NCBI GenBank assembly: GCA_964016885.1
Contig: OZ024741.1
Coordinates: forward strand, 361,274,001 to 361,338,000
Length of the DNA: 64,000 nt
Reading direction: 5' to 3'
DNA from: Eledone cirrhosa
Lineage: Eukaryota
Numbering within the stretch: position 1 is the stretch's first letter; each line of letters opens with the position of its first letter. Under the pieces are notes generated by a model. That model was not told the DNA's origin. It ran no database searches and worked only from the letters and a program-made list of their open reading frames with translations. Positions 40,072 to 52,639 of this stretch are shown in pieces. The position numbers and the translations under genes were made by a program.

Positions 40072-40290
40072 TTATATACATACATACATATCTATATATA
40101 TACATGCACACATACATGCATATATATAAATGCATGTATACATACATATATATATATGTATACATGCACACATACATACATATATATATGCATATATATA
40201 CACGCATACATACATGCATATATATATATATATATGCACATATACATACATATATATATGCATACATGCACACATACATACATATATTTA

Positions 40291-40327
<37 letters not shown>

Positions 40328-40405
40328 ATATGTGCCTATATATATACATCCATATATATGCATATATATATATATACATATATATATATGCATATATACA
40401 TACTT

Positions 40406-40448
<43 letters not shown>

Positions 40449-40487
40449 TATATATATTTATATTTATATATATATTTATATATATAT
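39973..40487. repeat. (TA)n/(TACA)n compound microsatellite
   Basis: Directly visible. Confidence 0.95.
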
Positions 40488-41097
40488 ATGGTGGCTGCCA
40501 ACTCGTTTTCGAGTATGGCCACTACTTTATATCCATGTAGGAGAACCCCTACCGATGCGCTGAACGACTGTGACTTTTTAGTCCAGCCAGCGACTTGAAA
40601 ACTCTGGTACAAACACTACACTTGTGACAATTATTGACAGATAGTGCTGGGCCCATGGTACCATGTGACGACAAGTGCAGAGAGATCTCCAGATATAAAG
40701 CAATGCCTGTACCGTGAAGCTTTTATAGTGAGCAAAGGCACTGCACAAAGCCAGTCCCACTCTCTTAACCAAGATGATATTTACCAAAAAGAAGAACAAG
40801 TCAACATCATTGGATACCATCAGGGTTGCAGGTGTTATATCAGAGTTTTCCTTCTCCTAGAATTCTGCCTTGACAAAGGCTAAGGGGTCATCTCTCCCGG
40901 TGATTTTGGATGGCCATTGACTCTTAAGAGCTCCTTTGCCCTTTGACAGGTTTTGTATTTAGTCCTGCAGGATGTCCAAAGTCACCCTCCTCACCAAGAA
41001 ACCTTGGTGGGGTTGCCAGTTTAGTCGCCAACGACCCGACCATGAGACAGGTTGTACTGGGATACATGTTACCAGTAGCACCAACTGGTGACCTGAC
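40488..41097 (-). mobile_element. About 570-610-bp interspersed element (copy 2, inverted relative to 15507-16075)
   Basis: Reverse complement aligns by eye along its length with few differences. The ORF-track peptides (LVNIILVKRVGLA.CSAFAHYKSFT.QALLYIWRSLCTCRHMVPWAQHY) are near-identical in both copies. Confidence 0.85.
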
Positions 41098-43446
41098 ATA
41101 TATATATATACACGCACACATGCATGCATATTTTTGCTCATATTGTTATTCTGTGTGTATATGTACACATGTGTGTATAATCAGCAAATATCTAGGAGTG
41201 AATACCATTTAATATTTTAATACTTATGTATAATTTATCGCCTGCTTTTTTTATAACAACAACAATAATAATAATAATGATAATAATAATAATAGCTTAA
41301 TGTAGGGTTTTAATCCTAATGATAGTGATACTGCCACTACTACTGCTACTATTACTAAATATTTCTATTAACTTTATTAATGATAATGCTATTCATGGTA
41401 TGTCGTTTTGATAGGTTTATATAGTATTATAAACATTTATAGATAAAGTGTTATGTAGAAATACCATTTGTTATGTCTAACTAGCTTGCTTTTAAAGTTA
41501 TTTACAGAATTGGCAGTCTTTAGAATGTTGGATGATATGCTTCCTTATTTGTTCTGACTGACTGTACTGAGTTCAACTCATGCCAAAGTCAACTTACTCT
41601 TTCATCCTTCCAGAATCAGTACATCAAGTGTCAATCCAGTAGCAGTAAATTGGTCAGAAATATTAGAATATCAGACAGAATGCTTTGTAGGGTCTGGTCT
41701 GGTGCTTTGCATTCTGAGTTCAAATCCCACCTTCTTCTGCTAAGAAGTGTGACCAGCAAATAGTATCTGCATTAGAAAGACTGATCGAAACATAGTTTCC
41801 TTGGTCTGATCTGATGATTAACTCCTTTCCTAATCAAAGGAGAAGAGAATCAGTACACATGACCTTTTCAGATTCTCCCTTACTGCTTAGATTAATGTAG
41901 ATGATATTAAGTATGAACTTCTTGTAGATCAATGTCTGTAGAAAACACTGGATTGAATTCCATAGAAATATAGTTCAGAGTAAGAACTGAGAAAAGTATT
42001 TAGTATTGGGTTGGTAAAGTGATGAGGCAGAATAGAGGTAGTTGATGGGAAGAGTTATTACAAACGTGTCAGGTAAACTTAGATAGAAATAGGTATGTAG
42101 ACCAAAGGAGAAATGCCATTGTAATTGAGGTGGTGGTAGGAGAGACATACAAAAGAAACAGCACATCTGTGTTGAGTTAGTGTCGCTAGGAACAAGATAT
42201 GGTAGAGAAAGATTTATAACATAAACTATCTACATGTGGAACATCACATACTCTCAGGTCTCAAATAATAGAGGGGGAGGGTAGATGATATATATAATCC
42301 ATATTTTTATTTAAAATAGGCAGTATGGCAAACGAAAAAATTAATAGGCAATATTATTATAATTTATAATTTTTCAGACTATTAACTCCAAGTTCAAAGG
42401 TAAAAAATGTTTTAATATTTACATCTACACTAGGTTTTGATTGATAATTATCAAATCAATCAAAATATAATGTAGATGCAAGGCTGGTGTTATCATTAGC
42501 CCAACTAGGCAACCACTTAGGGTACAGACCTCAGAGAGGAGTATTACTGCTCACAATGTTTATACAAAGCGTATTATTAAATTAAATATATAATAATTTG
42601 CTTTGATCAATAAATAGATAATTAAACATCTTTGCAATGTGGCAGCATTATGGAAATATATAAAGTCATGGAGAGGATCATATGATGTTATGACCTCTAA
42701 CAGGCATGGGTGAGTGTGGACTGTGTTGTAGAAAATGCAGCTTAGTAATTTTCTTAGTGTTGTCAGAGCAAGAATTCTAAAAAAATAGGTTTGTCAGCTT
42801 GCCAAACTGTAGAAATTATTTTATTTGGAAGAATGAGGCACATAACTACCTATATAGCCAGGTAAGGGTGTTGAACTTACAATCATAATGTTGTGAGTTT
42901 GATTCCTGGGTTGGGTTGCATGTTATGTTCTTGAGCAAAACACTTCATTTCACGTTGCTCCAGTATAATCAGCTGAAAATGAGTGCCAGCAATAGCTGGG
43001 GGTTTAACGCTACAATGCACTGGCGTCCTGTCCAGGGCAGAGTCTTGTACTCTCAGTCACTTCACACCATAAAACCGGGATAAGCACTGGCTTAATGAGC
43101 CTTCTGGCTTAAGACAGACTATTAAATAGGTTAATAATTCAATAAGTCCTCTTTAACATGTAACTAACAAACAATTTTTTAAATTCTGAAGAGAAATTGC
43201 ATAAACACAGAAAGTGGTTCAATTCCATATGTTGTCTAAAATATATTATATATTTACTCTCTGCATTAATATATAACCAGTTGATTGTTGTATTTAAGAT
43301 GTCTTAATTGTTATCCTGATGCTCAAAGATTCACATATTGGGTTCTACTTCTTACTGTTGCATTACAATTCTAACTGAGTTTCAGTCTACATTTCAATCT
43401 TCAATAATTCTCTCTCTATTTTTATCTCTGCTACTTATTCTCAAAG

Positions 43447-43464
43447 GCTGAAATTCCTAGCTAT
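43447..43464 (+). CDS. Candidate calpain microexon, 18 nt (AEIPSY)
   Basis: TTCTAAC branch-like motif near 43370, long pyrimidine tract containing TGC, AAG acceptor, TAT|GTAAGC donor. Multiple of 3 and stop-free in phase 0. Confidence 0.5.
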
Positions 43465-44344
43465 GTAAGCCAAATTACTTTGTTTTTGTATTTAGCATTC
43501 AAAATGCTCACACTGCTTTCTTTCCACCTGCAACATAGCAATTTTTATTTACCACAAACACGGTCACATACACACACTTATTAGCATATATACACATATA
43601 TATATTTTGTACAATGGTGGTTATTATTCTAGCTGTCTTTATTATTTTGATTTTAAAAATTGATGGGGCTAAAAGTTCCTATGATTATTGTCCATGTTGG
43701 TTTACTTTGAAATAGCAATATCTGTACATAAATGATGCTTTAAGCTATATATATTTAGCAGTAGATGAAAAATAAAAACTTCTACACCCACTAAAGATGT
43801 CATGGAGTCAATGAAAATTGAGCTTTGCTACTGATGCTTTCTATGTGCACAAAACCCTATATATGTTACTGGTAGTCAATGTAGTGATTTGTAATAGCTT
43901 CGCCATAGTCTGCTGCACATAAATGCACTAAACATTTTGGAGATAAGATGATTAAATGCAAATAATTTGTTACAGGTAAAAACAAAACACATTGTTTTGT
44001 GAATTCGTTTTTTGGGGAAGTTTCTAGAAAAAGTCACCTTTTTCTTTCTTTTCTTTTCTTTTCTTTTCTTTTTTTTTTGCATGATGGGTATTTCACATGC
44101 AAAACTGGTGTAATTTGAGTAGACTAAGCCCAAAAATATATTGTGTAGAGCTGTTTCAAAATAGATGTTATATAACAATGTTGAATGAGGGCAATCTGTT
44201 TGTTCCAGTTATGTTCCAATTTATATCATCACTGTTTGATGATATAGTATAGTTAGAGGTGGTGGGTAAAGAAGCTGTCCATTCTTGTCAGCACTTTTAG
44301 TCTACTGCATAGTGTTTCTTATATAGGGGAGAATTACCCTTGCC

Positions 44345-44475
44345 ACTGCTATCACCACCATCACCAACACCACCATCGCCACCATAACCAATACCACCAT
44401 CACCAACATCACCATCACCACCATCACCAACACCACCATCACCAATATCACCATCACCACCATCACCAACACTAC
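44345..44475. repeat. (CACCAT/CACCAA)n repeat
   Basis: Directly visible. Confidence 0.9.
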
Positions 44476-44494
44476 AACCTCTAAAACTGCTGTA

Positions 44495-44910
44495 TGGGCA
44501 ACACAAACTCTAATTATGACTGGGAGAACTCAAGAATAACCCAGGGTAGCACAAACTGTAGTTATGGGGAGGATGACTCAATGATCACCCCGGGTCAGTA
44601 CATATTCTAGCTATAGGGGGGATTTAAGAATCACCCCAGAGTAGCACAAACTATGGGAGGGATGACTGGAGAATCCCTCCAGAGTAGCAGAAACTCTGAG
44701 GGAGAGAGGACTGGGGAATAACCCCAGAGCAGCACAAACTCTAGCTATGGGAGGAGAGGACTGAAGAATCCCTCAGGGCAGCACCAACTCTAGCTATGGG
44801 AGGGAGTACTCAGGAATCACCCCAGGGCAACACAAACTCTAGCTATGGGAGGAGATGACTGAAGAATCCCTCAGCGCAGCACAAACTCTAGCTACGGGAG
44901 GAGAGGAGTC
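44495..44910. repeat. Diverged minisatellite of about 44-50 bp, about 9 copies (GCACAAACTCTAGCTATGGGAGGAGAGGACTGAAGAATCCCTCAG)
   Basis: ACAAACT-like anchor recurs near 44503, 44551, 44601, 44646, 44690, 44734, 44784, 44833, 44881. Confidence 0.9.
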
Positions 44911-46046
44911 ATTGTTGTTAGACAAGGTGAGTAAGGCTGGAACACATTTGATTGTATGTCTCCTTGATCAGGACTGACATGATAAACAACAATATACAAC
45001 AATACAATCATCACCCATGTCTGGCCTCCACAAATCATGGCACCTTTCCACAGTTTCAGCTACACTTCCCTCCTCATTTACATGCCATTCAGTTTCTAGA
45101 ACTTATTCCATGTACATCTCACTCAAGAGTCAGATCCACCTTCTGCATTCAACATATCTCCTAGGTAACAAAATGTTTTCCCATTTTCCATCTTCATACT
45201 ATTCCCAAGATCCAGTACAAGATCCTCCCCATCAGTAGCTCCCCACATACACACTTCTCACTTAAATGTAGCTGCCATATTATTTCATAATCTTGTCACA
45301 CCGTTATATGTTCAACGTACCTACCCAGTACATATTGTATAACCCCTACAAATAAATCATTCGGAAGTCATTAGTCCTCATTCAACATAGAAAGAGAAAG
45401 TATATTTTTGTAAGATTCTCAACTGGAATCTTTCCAGTTCCAATTACTGAATTAGTTCACATGTTTTTCCCATTTTAATTTTCATTTTAAGTTCACAAAG
45501 TCACATGACAAAATTTTTCAAATGTTTTATATTGGAACAGTCTTTATTCTTCATATTTTTTTTGTATCCTTCTATTTCTTTAAAGATTGTGAGATTTATG
45601 TTTTGGATGATAATACTAAAATGTCTCTCTGTCTGTCTGTCTGTCTGTCTGTATGTATGTGTGTGAATAATCATTTTAATACTATTTTTTAATATATTGA
45701 AATAAGTGTTGATTTATGTTTACAAATATTGATGAAAACTGTATTCCCTTTGTCAATAATTGCTAAAAATGGTATTGTTTTTATCTTTATTTACTATTTA
45801 CACACACTATTTAATATTCACACATATTATTTACTATTTATGTAATTTATTTACTATCTACTCATACTATTTACATGCACTATTTACTATTTACATCTAG
45901 CCATACTGTTCTAGCAAGAGTTATTTTATCTTTACAGTTGGATACCCCCTCTAAGTATTGATATGTCTATATAGAGGAATTAGAAAGAATATTAAATATT
46001 TAATAGCAAATGTCCATTTTGTCTTTCTCCTCCAGTGCCTTTATAT

Positions 46047-46274
46047 TTAACCCTTTAGCATTTAAACCGCCTGTATCTCGTCAGAATTCTCTCACCTCTT
46101 TCTGTTCAAATTGCCATAACCAGTCACTCATACTGATGTTAAGGTATTGTTCTCAAAATAAATAATATCAAAATCTTATAGATTCGATATTATGTGAGAT
46201 AATTATGTGAGGTAAAGCCTTTACCGTGAAAATACAATAGTATATATAGAATAATGTAAATGCTAAAGGGTTAA
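46047..46274 (+). mobile_element. piggyBac-like MITE, family A
   Basis: Perfect TTAACCCTTTAGCATTTA / TAAATGCTAAAGGGTTAA ends. Confidence 0.88.
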
Positions 46275-47989
46275 TATATTCTTTTAATGTGAAACCCATC
46301 TCAGATATCTACCAAAATGTGGAATTATTTAGAGATATCTTTAAATGGTAGTGCTGGTGCTACAATAAAATGCACCCAATGCACTCAGTAAAATGGTTGG
46401 TATTAGGAAGATTAGGAAGAGCATCCAATCATAGAAATTATGCCAAAATGGATTGTATGAGCAAAGCCATGGTCCTCAGATCTGTCTAATCATAGAACAT
46501 GACAACACACCCAACCTATGCCAGTACAGAAAAACAGATATATAAGGATGATGATGTCTGGTTCCAGATTGCTGTTATTATAGTGACAAATTAATGTTAG
46601 AGAAGGCATCCAACTGTAAATCTCACTGCTTGTGTCCAAACATGCCTTCAGCCATACAATTTACTATATAGCATGATAGAACATATCTAGGACTTCTGTG
46701 ATGTATGTCTGCTCATCTAGATAGACAGTTGCTATGTTGATGTGTTTGCTTCAAGCTAATAATGTAGATTTGAAGCTTTTACAATATGAAAATCTGGTGC
46801 TTCTCCATGGTAAATATAATTCGAACTAATTTATTACAAATTATAAAATTCCACTATAGGTTTTATTGAATTTTTAAATGGAGGATTCCAAATTGCTGTC
46901 TCCACATAAACTCAACAAGATAGTAGTCCACTATTTGTTGATGAGTCCCATACTTACATTTGTTTCATTGCTTTGCTTCTTGCCATCTTTTCAATAGATT
47001 TGTTATTACTCCAGTATCTGGGTCCACAAAATTGTATTTATGATTGACAGTTAGATGGTTATATCATTCTTTGTCTATCATATGCATACCAACAGTTAGA
47101 AATAATGATGGAGCCAGGGCAGATAAATTGACATCACTTGACGCTAAAATCCACTAGTTGCAAACTGCGCATCAGCATGAGATATTTTTCTCCACAAAGT
47201 TCGATCACCAATAGCAGAGTTTAAAGAGCAAAGATCAAGTCCAGTCCATAGGTTGACATTATCAAGCCATCGTTTTGACTGCCAGCCTCTGCTTCTCTTA
47301 CCAGCCAGCCTTCCTTCCAGCTATAACCTACTCACACCGCGAGTTGATCTTTTTAGATGACTGTACAGTTTGAGTACTCTTGACTTGACAATTGATGTAA
47401 TTGGTCTAAGTGTGGTAATGTTCAGTAGCTCACTGATACATATTTAATATTATATTAAAGTCCTAGCATCTCTTGAGAGAACAGTGACAAAAATCCTGTT
47501 TTCATTTGCTGCTGGTAACCTTCAAAAACCTACAACTGCTTTACTTTTCTACCTTGGTTACTTTTCCATCTAACAAATAGGCTTTCATTAATTCAAACAA
47601 CACAGCCTTTGATGTGAATTTGTTGTTTAAGAGCATATTTGATACTCATGTTCAGCATTTTTCAGACAAGCCATTTGATATTTGCCCATTTTTTCTACAG
47701 ATTTAGGAAATCTTCTGTCATGGCAATTCAAATTACTACTCAGTAAACATTATTTTAATGAAGGCTCAAAAATATGTATTTATTCTGGAGAAGAACCAAA
47801 TGTCTTTGTAATAATTATAATATTGGAGATGAAAAAAAAAAAGTGGATATGTGTATGTGTGTGTGTGTGTGTGCGTGTATATATCTTTCAGCTTTCACAT
47901 TTATTTTGTTTTTTGAAACAACCTTTAGAAATATTTTTTGTTTATCAAAATTATAAAATATGTTATGAATTAAAATTCTAAAATTTTAA

Positions 47990-48210
47990 TTAACCCTTTT
48001 GATACCAAACCATATGAAACCATCCCTGGTTCTAAAAAATGTTTATTTTAAAGTGTTTACATGTATCTGAAAACATTTCATCAAAATTTTATATGAGCTT
48101 AATAATGAGAAAGTTATTTTACTAAATTCCTCCAAATTCTTGATTATTTTCAAAATAATTTGAAAATCATAGGCAGTGTCATTAGAAATATGGTTTAAAA
48201 AAAGGGTTAA
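47990..48210 (+). mobile_element. TTAA-flanked MITE, family B
   Basis: TTAACCCTTTTGATACC...AAAAGGGTTAA. Related copies near 30415, 49773 and 59217. Confidence 0.7.
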
Positions 48211-48417
48211 TGTAAATGATATGTGAGACATTTTAAACATCTATTTTAAACAGAAAAGAGAAACGTGTCCATATGTGCCATCATGGCTGAGTGGTTAAGG
48301 TGTTCACTTTACAACCACATAATTTCAGGTTCAGTCCCACTGTAGGACACCTTGAGCAAGTGTCTTCTACTATAATCTTGAGGTGATCAATGTGAGTAAA
48401 AATTGGCAGACAGTAAA

Positions 48418-48644
48418 TTAACCCTTTAGCATTCAAACTGACTGTATCTGGCCAGAATTGTCTCACCTCTTTCTGTTCGAAGCGGCTGTAACCGTCCACT
48501 CATACTGACGTTAAGGTATTTTTCTCAAAATAAATAATATCAAAATCATAGATTCGATATTATGTGAGATAATTATGTAAGATAAAGACTCTACTGTGAA
48601 AATAAAATAGTAAATATAGAGTAATGTAAATGCTAAAAGTTTAA
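48418..48644 (+). mobile_element. piggyBac-like MITE, family A, interrupting a SINE (48283-48415)
   Basis: Same termini and interior as the 46047 copy. Confidence 0.85.
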
Positions 48645-49103
48645 TGGTTCAACAAAAAGAAATCATAATAAACATACCATGCTTGAAAACATATGTTTAT
48701 TATGTCTATATGATTAATTAAATCCCTATAAGACAGTACTCCAGAATGGCCACAAGAAAAGCCAAATAAAAGAGAAGAATAATGTTGCATCAGTTGTCCT
48801 GTCTCTTCTTCTGCTTCTTACTAATGCTTATAATGTCTCATATCATCATGAAATATAGATTTCACATATAAAAAAAAAATTAATATTTTTACATATTTAC
48901 TATTTGTTACTTTCTGTCTATCTCCATGTACATCTGCTCACTCTCCTCTATCTTTTTATTTCTTCTTTAATTTCTCGTTCTATTTTATGGTGAAGGACTA
49001 TTGTCCAAAACGTTATGCCTTTTCCTACTATATCAAGTGTGAAACTAATATATATCTTCCTTATACTTCATTGTCTGTTGTGTTTTATCTGTTTACTTTT
49101 TGA

Positions 49104-49170
<67 letters not shown>

Positions 49171-49642
49171 TATACATAAATTATTGTATATCAATCTAAA
49201 TTATTGTTATATCACTCTTTCTCTCCTTCTAGGCCATTTGAATCATAAATGCTACTTTCATTTAATTATTATAATTAAACATTATTTTTGTTTTCTTTTT
49301 CCATATTTTCTTTTTTCTTGCAGCTTTCCTCCCCGCCTCCTTTCTATTTTCCCCAAACATACAGTAATATTGTGGAAAAGTCAATTTAACCATTTGGGGT
49401 AGTAGACATAATCTATCACTCAGTTTAACATTACTACCTGGCCCATGAGTGCCTTTAGCAAAATGTGCTCTGTTGTAAACATTCATACTAGGTTTCCAGT
49501 TTAAGGAAACTTCCCTCCTACAAGTCTTGATGGCCTTGAAAAAGGTTATAAGCACCACCCTTTCCACCTTGACTAAATAGTAGAAAAAAACATAAAACCC
49601 ACAAAAACTGTTAAATTTATTTTCATTTATTTATTAATAGTA

Positions 49643-49766
49643 CAGTCTACTATGAAGTGTCAAAAGTTTCATCGCACTTCTCCAACCTGGGTAGTTTCAG
49701 TGGAATTACGTCAATGACCAGGCCTCAAAAGTGTAGTGAAACTTTTTGTCACTTCATAATAGACTG
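49643..49766. mobile_element. 124-bp fold-back MITE with TA flanks
   Basis: TA|CAGTCTACTATGAAGTGTCAAAAGTTTCA...TGAAACTTTTTGTCACTTCATAATAGACTG|TA. Confidence 0.8.
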
Positions 49767-50379
49767 TACTATAAACCCTTTCAATACTAAACCATGCTTG
49801 GTTCTTTGATATGAAATTGTTCGTTTTAAAATCTTTATATTTATATTTACCTAAAAACTTTCTATTATAATTTTATTTAAGAACATTTGTTTTGTTATAT
49901 TGCAAATTCCTGCCTAATAATGAAAAAGTGAGTTAATTTGCTAAGTCCATCTAAAGTCTTCATCATGTTCAAAACTATTTTAAAATTACAGATTTTTCAG
50001 TAGAAATATGGTAATGAAAAGGCTAAGAAATTAATGAAAAGTGAAAATAGCAATTTTTGTGTTTTTAGATGACTAAAATAACTTTTCCACAATGTAATTG
50101 TTTCAATTTCAGCGCACAGTCTCAAATTTAATAATTATATAAGTAACCATAATACAAAACATTTACATAAATGTGTAACAGAACAAAAAACTGTAACTGG
50201 CCTATGACAGAATAATCAAATAATAATGTAGCATAAAATACTATTATAGAATAACAGAATAACAGTTAAACATGAAATATTATTACAGAATAACAATGTT
50301 ACACACACACACATACATATACATATGTATATATATATATATATATAGTAATAATAAATGTGAAGACTAAAATCTGAAG

Positions 50380-50700
50380 AAGGCTCAACAAGGATTATAT
50401 ATATATAAAATGTATATATATATATAAAAACCTGTATTATATGTACAGATTAAAGTTTAAGCAAAGAATTGCTGCCTTCACCCTTTTATAGGATCTTCTG
50501 AGTTTCATATAATAATTATATATATATACTTACAACAGTGACATATGCAGGCACTTAAGTTTCGTTGGGTTATACACCCCAACTCATTCAGCCTGTTATA
50601 TAAAGAAAAATGGCCACTACCACGGTTGAATGTAATTTCTTTTGGAAAAAATATATGGGAGCTCTTCAAGAGCAGGTCGAGCGTGGAAGAATCGATGTAA
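50380..50700 (-). mobile_element. Penelope-like 3' remnant
   Basis: Minus strand reads ARPALEEL/HI.../TFNRGSG across frameshifts (PLE endonuclease end), immediately followed by a hammerhead motif. Confidence 0.55.
50548..50595 (-). ncRNA. Minimal type I hammerhead ribozyme-like motif with a variant core
   Basis: cagg-CUGAAUGA-guuggg-guguauaa-cccaac-GAAAC-uuaa-GUG-ccug. Stems I and II pair perfectly and stem III is palindromic. Confidence 0.65.
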
Positions 50701-50729
50701 AACAGTGATAATAATAATAATAATAATAA

Positions 50730-50935
50730 TGAAATTATTGTGTAAAGTGCTCAGGTGCACTACAACTCGTCAATATAGTACATAGAATAATACACAAATG
50801 CCAGGGAAGTACATGTTTGTATGTGTTAGCTGTAGTGTTGGCGGATCTCGGGAAGCATGGAGGCCTTAAAGGATGCAGTGTCTCGACAGCTAACAACTGA
50901 TGCAGGTAGTTTGTTCCATGCTTCAGCAACTCTGA
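50730..50935 (-). mobile_element. CR1 3' fragment
   Basis: Matches the 3' end of 8975-10229. Confidence 0.85.
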
Positions 50936-51733
50936 TATATATATCAAAACGGTTTGGAAGTCTATATTTAAAAGGCTACTTGTAATTAACTTTATAAATA
51001 TTTTGAATAGGGTTAATCTTCCAACAGTTGTCTTTTTGTTAAACTAAACGGCTAAAGACTGACCTCTGATCCATCAAAGCTATATAACAGAGTAAATCTC
51101 TGAGATGTTATTCTTAATAGAGGTATGTATGAAGGCATATACAATATGTTTATGTATAATAAATATATAAAGTCTTGCTATGACTGTTTTAAGTTGCAAC
51201 ATATCACAGTTATCCCTTTGAGACTATTAACACCGCATCTTTATAGATGAGTGTTAATAGTTAGAAAATTTATAATCGTATTAAATAATAGGCATTTAAA
51301 CCAATTCTTTTGGCAGCCTTACATCATGTGATTTAATATGTATTTTATTTGAGAACTTTGAGAAGTGGTACATTGCCAGAATTATTAGAGCATCAGACAA
51401 TATGCTCTGTAGCATTTAATTATGGTTCTTTGAGTTCTGAGTTCAAATCCCAGTAAGGTCAGATTAACCTTTCAGCATTGATAAAATCAAGTACTGGAGC
51501 CAATATAGTTGGCTTTTGCCTCCTTCAAATTGTTGGCTTTGTGCCTAAATTAGAAGCCATATTTGAACCTTTAGAAGTTTATCTAAAATATTAGTGATTA
51601 AATGATAAATAACAATTTTAATGACATTGATAATTTATAATAAAAATTTATAAAATGGTTTTTATATAAAAACTATTCATTAATTCTTCTTTTGATAACG
51701 TGAATTTCTAATCTCATTTTTTTTCCTTCCTAG

Positions 51734-51745
51734 CTTCATTTGAAG
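51734..51745 (+). CDS. Candidate calpain microexon, 12 nt (LHLK)
   Basis: TTCTAAT branch-like motif, TTTTTTTTCCTTCCTAG acceptor, AAG|GTAAAT donor. In frame. Confidence 0.5.
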
Positions 51746-52639
51746 GTAAATTTGCCAAAGTCTTTTGACAATTCCCCTCAAAATTTACCATGTTTTTGAA
51801 ATTCTTGGAATGTCAAGTTTGCTATAATTTATTTATGTCCCACCCTCCCACCAACCAAACCCATTTTTCAGCCTAACTCTGAAAGTATTTTCTCTCCATT
51901 TCACTGCTGCTGCCCCTTTCTTGTCCCCCACCCCCCACTGTTTTTAACCCAATTTTAGTATGCTGTGTAGCACTGGTGTTATTCAGAACTAAGACACAGT
52001 GTTCCTTATGTGTTCTTCTTGTATATCTTCCAAACTATAAATGGTTATTTTCTTATATATTTTTCTTGTCTGATTTCTTCTTCTTTCTCAGTGAAATTCT
52101 TTGTTACCATTCTTCCCACTGTGTGCAGAAAACTGAGTGCTACCATCCTGCACTATATTCTGACAATTCTTTGTGTCAGCTTGAACTTATTAAACATGCA
52201 AATATTTAACAAGTCAGTATTATGAAATATAATTTAAGAGAGCTGTTATAGGTGGTCAATTTGGTAGAATCATTAGAGTGTTGGATATTTGTTCTGAATC
52301 TCTACGTTTTGAGTTCAAATCCCACCAAGGTCCACTCTGCCTTTCAGCATTTCGAAGTCAATAAAGAGAGTACCAGGCCAGTACTGGTACAGCCCTCTCA
52401 CCTTTGAACTGTTGCATCCTAGATATTCTACTAGACCAAAAGAGAATGGGTTAAGGGGGCGTCAATGTCTGCTCATGACTCATGGGCTCCAAAAACCCCT
52501 AGCAAAAGCATGGTACATGTGAGTGACAGCTGTAGTTTTATGAGGGAGCTATGGATGAAAAGTTGATACAGTGCCAGACTGTCAACTGAAAGGTTGTTGA
52601 TTCATATTGTATCACTGCCCATGAATGTGTTTATTGACA

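Noticed and set aside
39992-40612. YI/HT/CV-rich ORFs here and at 769-1088, 16023-16634, 59979-60535
   Set aside because: Dinucleotide repeat artefacts.
45938-45954. 17-nt mini-exon candidate (also 54028-54057 and 56941-56960)
   Set aside because: Weak GTATTG/GTATTT donors. Two of the three break the frame. Expected by chance in AT-rich DNA.
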